A DNA stretch of 62,215 nucleotides. It comes from Pseudomonadota bacterium. GTDB taxonomy: Bacteria > Myxococcota_A > Polyangia > Fen-1088. The first letter of the stretch is position 1. The number at the start of each line of letters is the position of its first letter. Where the stretch lies: assembly GCA_023438785.1 (NCBI GenBank), contig JAEXQJ010000176.1, forward strand, positions 1 to 62,215, read 5' to 3'. This document shows, piece after piece, positions 55,579 through 62,215 of the stretch. The notes under the pieces were generated by a model. It saw nothing but the letters and a program-made list of their open reading frames with translations, had not been told where the DNA came from and made no database searches. The position numbers and the translations under genes were made by a program.

Positions 55579-56289
55579 CTATCCTCGCGCTCCGAAGATG
55601 GCCGTCCCCACGCGTACCAAGGTGGCGCCCTCGGCGATGGCGATCTCCAGATCGTGGCTCATGCCCATCGACAGATGCCGCAGCTCCACGTTGGGACGCG
55701 CACGGCCGGCCTCGTGGTCGCGCAGGCGGCGCAGGGCCGCGAAGGGTGCTCGGGAAATCTCGGGATCATCGCCGAATGGCGGGATGACCATGAGGCCCTG
55801 GCAGCGCACGTGCAGAAGGCCGGCGAAGCGGTCCAGCAACGCCGGCAGCGCGGCCGGCGCGATGCCCCGCTTCTGCGGCTCGGCCGCCACGTTGACCTGA
55901 ACCAAGCAGGCCTGCGGCACATTCAGAGGCGCCACCCGGCGCTCCAACTCGGCCAGCACCTCCGTCGAATCGACGGCATGGAGCAGGGTCACCTTGCCGG
56001 CCACGTACTTGACCTTGTTGGTCTGCAGCGGGCCGATGAAGTGCCAGCGCGGCTGGGGCAACCCGGCGGCCCGGGCTCCGGCCTCCACGGCCTCGCGTTT
56101 GTCGCGAAACTCCTGACCGTAGCTCTCCCCGAAATCGAGCTGCCCCGCGGCCAGCGCCGCCAGGATGCCCTCGGCGGGCACGGTCTTGGAGACGGCCACC
56201 AGCTGCACCGAACCGGGGGCGCGGCCACAGGCCTGCTCAGCGCGCGTGATGCGCTCCCGGACCTCGCCCAGGTTGGCCGCGACGCTCAT
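55579..56289 (-). CDS. yggS: YggS-family pyridoxal-phosphate homeostasis protein
   Basis: LVAVSKT (PLP lysine), HFIGPLQTNKVK and LSMGMSHD. The start at MSVAAN overlaps the maf stop. Confidence 0.9.
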   Translation of the reverse strand: MSVAANLGEVRERITRAEQACGRAPGSVQLVAVSKTVPAEGILAALAAGQLDFGESYGQEFRDKREAVEAGARAAGLPQPRWHFIGPLQTNKVKYVAGKVTLLHAVDSTEVLAELERRVAPLNVPQACLVQVNVAAEPQKRGIAPAALPALLDRFAGLLHVRCQGLMVIPPFGDDPEISRAPFAALRRLRDHEAGRARPNVELRHLSMGMSHDLEIAIAEGATLVRVGTAIFGARG

Positions 56290-56903
56290 GGCGCAACCAC
56301 CCCGAAAGCAGCGGGTGGATAGGCGGGCAGGGCCTCCAGGGCCCGCAGATCGGCCAGCACCTCGGCCAGCGGCAAACCCACCACGTTGGAGAACGAGCCG
56401 CGCACCTCGGTGGCGAAGGCACCCGCGATGCCCTGGATGGCGTAGGCGCCCGCCTTGCCCTGCCATTCGCCCGAATCCAAGTAGGCCTGCACCTCGGCCG
56501 GATCGAGCGAACGGAATGTCACGGCCGTGGTCACCACCCGTTCGATGGAGCGCTCGCCCAGCCGCGCGTGGTACGCCGTCATGACCTCGTGCCGCCGTCC
56601 CGCCAGGCGCAGGAGCATGGCGCGCGCTTCGTCCGCGTCGGCCGCCTTGCCCAGGATGTCGCCCCCCATGGTGACCACCGTGTCCGCCGCCAGCACGGCC
56701 AGCGGAGAGGGGCCCAGCTTGGCCGCGCCAGCCTCGCACTTCTCGCGCGCCAGGCGTTGCACGTACTCGCGGGCCGGCTCGTCGGTGTGGGGCGTCTCGT
56801 CCAGGTCCACCGGCTCCACGCGCAGGGTCAACCCCAGGCGTTCGAGCAGTTCACGCCGGCGGGGAGAGGCCGACGCGAGAATGAGATCGGGTGTGCGCTT
56901 CAT
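56286..56903 (-). CDS. maf: Maf-family nucleoside triphosphate pyrophosphatase
   Basis: LILASASPRRRELLERLGL, ADTVV and KAGAYAIQG. Confidence 0.92.
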   Translation of the reverse strand: MKRTPDLILASASPRRRELLERLGLTLRVEPVDLDETPHTDEPAREYVQRLAREKCEAGAAKLGPSPLAVLAADTVVTMGGDILGKAADADEARAMLLRLAGRRHEVMTAYHARLGERSIERVVTTAVTFRSLDPAEVQAYLDSGEWQGKAGAYAIQGIAGAFATEVRGSFSNVVGLPLAEVLADLRALEALPAYPPAAFGVVAP

Positions 56904-56990
56904 ATGACGAAGCAGTTATAGCCCGACCGTTCGCGGCTTCGCGCCCCAAGTGCACGCGCAACTCCGCATCCGACCCGCCGAGAACTGGGC

Positions 56991-58205
56991 ATGCTTGCAT
57001 GGACGCGCTGGCTACTTCCTGTGTTCTTGTTCGGCTGCTCGCCCGACGCCGAATTGGCCGACGAGCAGTCCGCGCCGGTGGCGAGCGGGGAGGGGGACGA
57101 GCTGAGTGTGGCCTCGGGCTCTCAGCTTGGACCCGTCCTGATCGATCCGCCCCCCGGGGCCATCGACATTCCGCCCAACCTGGCCGCTCTCACCCTTCGG
57201 TTCGCCGCGGCGGTGCAGGGCGACGGCGTGAACGGGCTTCGTCTGCACCCCAGTCAGGGCCCGGACGTGAACCTGGCCCTGGGCCCTGCCGTGCCCTGCT
57301 TAGGCACGGGCGTGTGCTACCTGGCGACGCCGGGCGCGGTGCTGGCCCCGGCCGCGTTGTATGTCCTGACCCTGGATGCGGACGCCTTGCGCTTGGAGAG
57401 CGGCAAACCCTTGCCCGCCGCCTCCACCCCGGGATTCACCACGGCAGCCCTGGTCGATGCCTACGGCCCCGTCGTCCAGGACCTGCAGATCGCGGCCAGC
57501 GCCGGATGCATGCAGGTTCGTTTCATCTCGGATGAGCCCGTGCGCGCCGAGGTGGCTCTGGCGGTCGGGGAGCAGACCGGGACCGTGCTCATGGACGGCT
57601 TCGCCCAGAAGTTCGACGCGTCTCGGCCAATGCCCGCCCTGCCCGCGGGCGAGGCTCGGGTCACGTTGCGGGCCATTGATCGGGCCGGCAACGCCACCGA
57701 TGCCGCGGCGGTCACCCTTGCGCTGCCGGCGCGTACGCCTCGCCTTGTCATCACCGAGGTGCTCGCCAACCCCGCGGGCTCGGAGACAACACAGGAATTC
57801 GTCGAGATCCGCAACCTGGAGCCGGGGCCGGTCTCCCTGGAGGGGATGATCCTGGAGGACAAGACCGGGCGCGACGTGCTGCCCGCGGATGTCCTCGCGC
57901 CCGATGCCTACGCCGTGCTGGTGGCCGCGAGCTACGATGCGGCGGACGGCAAGGACCCGGCCCCGCGCGCGGGCGTGCTGCTCGTGCGGGTATCGGGCCG
58001 CCTGGGCTCGGACGGCTTCTCCAACTCGGGCGAGCCGGTGCGCCTTCTGGCCGCCGACGGAACCGTGGTGAGTCAGTATGGCGGCTGGGCGGATGTGAGC
58101 GCCACGGCGTGGTCGGGCAAGAGCGTCCAGCGGGTGTCCGCCGACGCCTGCGACGCCCCCGAGGGTTGGCTCAAGACTCCCCAGACCCCCACGCCGGGGT
58201 GGTGA
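56991..58205 (+). CDS. lipoprotein with an Ig-like (SbsA-type) N-terminal region and a C-terminal lamin-tail domain (LTD)
   Basis: Lipobox VFLFGC. PRLVITEVLANPAGSETTQEFVEIRN...VSLEGM...D matches the LTD pattern. Confidence 0.7.
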   Translation: MLAWTRWLLPVFLFGCSPDAELADEQSAPVASGEGDELSVASGSQLGPVLIDPPPGAIDIPPNLAALTLRFAAAVQGDGVNGLRLHPSQGPDVNLALGPAVPCLGTGVCYLATPGAVLAPAALYVLTLDADALRLESGKPLPAASTPGFTTAALVDAYGPVVQDLQIAASAGCMQVRFISDEPVRAEVALAVGEQTGTVLMDGFAQKFDASRPMPALPAGEARVTLRAIDRAGNATDAAAVTLALPARTPRLVITEVLANPAGSETTQEFVEIRNLEPGPVSLEGMILEDKTGRDVLPADVLAPDAYAVLVAASYDAADGKDPAPRAGVLLVRVSGRLGSDGFSNSGEPVRLLAADGTVVSQYGGWADVSATAWSGKSVQRVSADACDAPEGWLKTPQTPTPGW

Positions 58206-58284
58206 TGCTAACGCGTTGCGAGGCAAGCTCTAATGTCCATCTCATCCAGGCATTCACGCATGAAGTTGTGCTACAACGCCTGGC

Positions 58285-59028
58285 ATGTCCGGGCACAACA
58301 GATGGTCGAAGATCAAGCACAAGAAGGAAGCCTCCGACTCCAAGAAGTCGAAGGTCTGGACCAAGCTCATCAAGGAGATCACGATCTCGGCCAGAATTGG
58401 CGGTGGTGATCCGAACGGCAACCCGCGCCTGCGCACGGCGATCGACAAGGCACGCGCCCAGAACATGCCGAACGACACCATCGACCGTGCCATCAAGAAG
58501 GGCACAGGCGACCTGGAGGGCGTGAGCTACGAGGAGTTCACCTACGAGGTCTTCGGTCCCGGTGGCACGGCCATCCTGGTCGACATCATGACCGACAACC
58601 GCAACCGGACCACAGGCGAGATTCGCAACCTGCTGACCAAGGCCAACGGCAACCTGGCCGGCTCGGGCTCGGTGGCCTGGATGTTCAAGAAGCAGGGTGT
58701 GATCGCGTACGAGCAGGGCGTGGACGAGAACAAGGTGACCGATGCGGCCATCGAGTTGGGCGCGCTGGACGTGGTCAACGAAGACGGCGAGCTGTCGGTG
58801 CTCACCGAGCCAAAAGAATTCGACCGCATTCGCGACGGCCTCAAGGCGGCGGGCCTGCCGACGCCGGCCAGCGCCGAGGTCACCATGGTGCCGCAGAACA
58901 AGACACGCCTGAGCGGCAAGGAAGCCGAGTCCGCGCTCAAGCTGCTGGACGCCTTGGAGGACAACGACGACGTCCAGAACGTGTACTCGAACCTGGACGT
59001 GGACGAAGACTCGCTGCCCGCGTCCTAG
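58285..59028 (+). CDS. yebC: YebC/PmpR-family DNA-binding regulatory protein
   Basis: [14 protein letters not shown]... and [17 protein letters not shown]. Confidence 0.93.
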   Translation: MSGHNRWSKIKHKKEASDSKKSKVWTKLIKEITISARIGGGDPNGNPRLRTAIDKARAQNMPNDTIDRAIKKGTGDLEGVSYEEFTYEVFGPGGTAILVDIMTDNRNRTTGEIRNLLTKANGNLAGSGSVAWMFKKQGVIAYEQGVDENKVTDAAIELGALDVVNEDGELSVLTEPKEFDRIRDGLKAAGLPTPASAEVTMVPQNKTRLSGKEAESALKLLDALEDNDDVQNVYSNLDVDEDSLPAS

Positions 59029-59034
59029 TCGCGC

Positions 59035-59598
59035 ATGGCAGCAGGCCGCACGCGCATCCTGGGCATCGATCCGGGGACGTTGCGTCTCGGCTATGGGGTG
59101 ATCGATCGCACCGGCCCGTCCACGCTCAGCTACGTGGAGTGCGGAGTCATCAGCGCACCGGGCCGGCAGCCGCGCAACCAGCGTCTACTCACCATCGGAC
59201 GCGGGCTTCGCGAGCTGATGGACGAGCTTCACCCTGACGAGGTGGCCATGGAGCAGGCCTTCTACGGCAAGAACGTGCAGGCCACCTTGGCCCTGGGCGA
59301 GGCCCGCGGCCTGGCCCTCTTTCTGGCCGGCGACCGCGGCCTATCCGTCGCGGGCTACGCGCCGGCGCGGGTCAAACGGACCATCGTGGGCTACGGGCGC
59401 GCCAGTAAGCCGCAGGTCGGCTTTCTGGTGCGCGCCATCCTGGGCATGCGCCGCGTCCCCGAGGCCGACGCGGCAGACGCCCTGGCCATCGCCATTTGCC
59501 ACGCCCGCCATGCCAGGGGAATGGCCGCGCCTGTGTCGGATGGGACGGCGCGGGCCGCGCGGACACGGATGAGCAAGCTGGCCACCTCGGCGGTGTGA
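59035..59598 (+). CDS. ruvC: crossover junction endodeoxyribonuclease RuvC
   Basis: RILGIDPG, a Glu in AMEQAFYGKN, and ADALAIAICH. Confidence 0.92.
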   Translation: MAAGRTRILGIDPGTLRLGYGVIDRTGPSTLSYVECGVISAPGRQPRNQRLLTIGRGLRELMDELHPDEVAMEQAFYGKNVQATLALGEARGLALFLAGDRGLSVAGYAPARVKRTIVGYGRASKPQVGFLVRAILGMRRVPEADAADALAIAICHARHARGMAAPVSDGTARAARTRMSKLATSAV

Positions 59599-59635
59599 AA
59601 TCCGTGCTCTCTGTGGTGAACTTGCCGGCAATCCG

Positions 59636-60241
59636 ATGATCGCCTCCCTTCGCGGCATTCTTCTCGAGAAGCATCCTGACAACCTCGTCATCGAGGCCGG
59701 CGGCGTGGGCTACCTGGTCACCGTCACGGCCGCCGCGGCGCGGGCCCTGCCGGCCCTCGGTGCAGAGGCGCGCTTGCTCATCTACACGCACGCCGTGCAG
59801 GACGGGCCGCTGCAGCTCTATGGCTTCGTCGAGCCGGAGGAGCGGCGCCTGTTCGAAACCCTGCTTTCGGTGCAGGGCGTGGGGCCCAAGGTGGCCGTGG
59901 CCATTCTTTCGGGCATGCCCATCGGCGATCTGGTGCGCGCCATCGGCAACTCGGACGTGGCGGCCTTGACCAAGATCCGGGGTGTGGGGCGTAAGACCGC
60001 CGAACGCCTGGCCGTCGAGTTGCGCGACAAGATCGGGAGCAGCTTGCATGGCTCGGGCCCCGCGGGCTACTCGCCGTTGCCCGGCAGCGTTCCCAGCGGG
60101 CGGCGTGGTGAGGTGTATGGGGCGTTGGTGGCGCTCGGTTACAAGCCCGGCGAGTTCGAATCGTTCCTGCCCGCCCTGGATGACAACCTGCCCGCGGCGG
60201 ACCTCATCAAGCAGGCGCTCGCGGCCATGAGGAGGAGATAG
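59636..60241 (+). CDS. ruvA: Holliday junction branch migration complex subunit RuvA
   Basis: MIASLRG..., GVGY.V, HhH motifs ([21 protein letters not shown]), and a C-terminal domain III. Confidence 0.93.
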   Translation: MIASLRGILLEKHPDNLVIEAGGVGYLVTVTAAAARALPALGAEARLLIYTHAVQDGPLQLYGFVEPEERRLFETLLSVQGVGPKVAVAILSGMPIGDLVRAIGNSDVAALTKIRGVGRKTAERLAVELRDKIGSSLHGSGPAGYSPLPGSVPSGRRGEVYGALVALGYKPGEFESFLPALDDNLPAADLIKQALAAMRRR

Positions 60242-61323
60242 TGGCTCGCAAGCGGCACGACGATGGTCCGGCGCCCGCCGCGGGCGAGCCGGCGCGCATG
60301 GTTTCGCCCGAGGCGGCCTCGGGTGAGGAGCACGCGCTGGACGCCGCCCTGCGGCCCACCTCGTTCTCCGAGTTCGTGGGCCAGCGCAAGGTGGCCGAGA
60401 ACCTGGAGGTGTACGTGGCCGCGGCCAAGAAGCGCCGTGGAACCCTGGACCACGTGCTGCTCTCGGGGCCGCCTGGCTTGGGCAAGACCACTCTGGCCCA
60501 CGTCCTGGCCCGCGAGATGGGCACCCAGGCGCGGGTGACCTCGGGCCCCGCGCTGGAGCGCAAGGGCGACCTGGCCGGCATTCTGACCTCGCTGGGGCGT
60601 GGCGATGTCCTCTTCATCGACGAGATCCACCGGCTGCAGCCCATCATCGAGGAGAGCCTCTACCCGGCCATGGAGGACTTCCGCATCGAGATCGTCACGG
60701 GCGCGGGCCCAGGTGCCAGCGCCATCACCGTGCCCATCGAGCACTTCACACTAGTGGGCGCCACCACGCGCACCGGGCAGCTCACCTCGCCTTTGCTGTC
60801 CCGTTTCGGCATCGTGGAACGGCTCGACTACTACGGTCCGCTCGAACTGACCACCATCGTCAAGCGCTCGGCACAGCTCCTCGGCATCGCCATCGACGAG
60901 GAAGGCGCGCTCGAGATTGGCCGGCGGGCGCGCGGCACGCCGCGTATCGCCAACAAGTTGTTGAACCGAGTGCGCGATTTCGCGGAGGTGCGCGGCGACG
61001 GAAAGGTCACGCGCGATGTGGCGGATTTCGCCCTACGCCGGCTGGGCGTCGACGAACGGGGCCTGGACGAGGGCGATCGCCGGCTCCTGCGTGCCATCGT
61101 GGAGCGCTTCGAGGGTGGCCCCGTGGGCATCGAGTCGCTGGCCGCTGCCCTGGCCGAGGATCGGGACACCCTGGAATACGTGCACGAGCCCTACCTCATC
61201 CAGGAAGGCTTCCTGGTGCGCACGCCGCGCGGACGACAGGCGACGGCCCAGGCCTTCGAGCACCTGCAGATTCAACCCGCGCGCGGCCGCTCCGCCCCGG
61301 GGGGCCAGGGCAGCCTCTTCTAG
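60241..61323 (+). CDS. ruvB: Holliday junction ATP-dependent DNA helicase RuvB
   Basis: [12 protein letters not shown], Walker [12 protein letters not shown], Walker [10 protein letters not shown] and [11 protein letters not shown]. The GTG start overlaps the ruvA stop. Confidence 0.95.
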   Translation: MARKRHDDGPAPAAGEPARMVSPEAASGEEHALDAALRPTSFSEFVGQRKVAENLEVYVAAAKKRRGTLDHVLLSGPPGLGKTTLAHVLAREMGTQARVTSGPALERKGDLAGILTSLGRGDVLFIDEIHRLQPIIEESLYPAMEDFRIEIVTGAGPGASAITVPIEHFTLVGATTRTGQLTSPLLSRFGIVERLDYYGPLELTTIVKRSAQLLGIAIDEEGALEIGRRARGTPRIANKLLNRVRDFAEVRGDGKVTRDVADFALRRLGVDERGLDEGDRRLLRAIVERFEGGPVGIESLAAALAEDRDTLEYVHEPYLIQEGFLVRTPRGRQATAQAFEHLQIQPARGRSAPGGQGSLF

Positions 61324-61372
61324 GTTCGCCGCTGAACCGTCGCGGTCCTCGAACCGCTCGGTGCTCTACGTT

Positions 61373-62215
<843 letters not shown>

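Overview
This is a 62.2-kb window of very GC-rich bacterial chromosome (about 70% GC by eye). The gene content looks myxobacterial: a eukaryote-like Ser/Thr kinase, many lipobox lipoproteins, a PilZ paralog, an AgmX/PglI-type tail domain, and many hybrid histidine kinases. All calls come from reading the ORF translations and the DNA by hand. No database search was run, so family names rest on recognised motifs.

Coding density is high and I call about 60 genes.
- Housekeeping: rph-rdgB-tRNA-Pro, mntH, a compact hypABFCDE hydrogenase-maturation operon, RNase HI, tatD/tcdA, an S41 protease, yggS-maf, yebC-ruvCAB and a partial dapF.
- Two-component and c-di-GMP signalling: a hybrid kinase with an HD-GYP regulator, a CHASE kinase / regulator / hybrid kinase operon, and a 1005-aa multi-PAS kinase.

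The most unusual locus is a translationally coupled three-gene operon at 11573-15180. It encodes a divergent U32-family (UbiU/UbiV-like) Cys-rich protein, a type III polyketide synthase with an intact Cys-His-Asn triad, and an in-frame fusion of an ICMT-type membrane methyltransferase to a UbiA/MenA-type prenyltransferase. I read it as a candidate pathway to a methylated, prenylated polyketide phenol or quinone lipid. I do not know of a characterised cluster with this composition.

A second region of interest is a lower-GC block at about 37.8-53.1 kb. It carries secreted or lipoprotein hydrolases (an esterase, a zinc phospholipase-C-like protein, GH30), an orphan Cys-rich cytoplasmic protein, and a lipoprotein built from four six-cysteine modules.

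I saw no CRISPR array, rRNA, transposase or integrase. Most long antisense ORFs in the track are GC-driven shadow frames.
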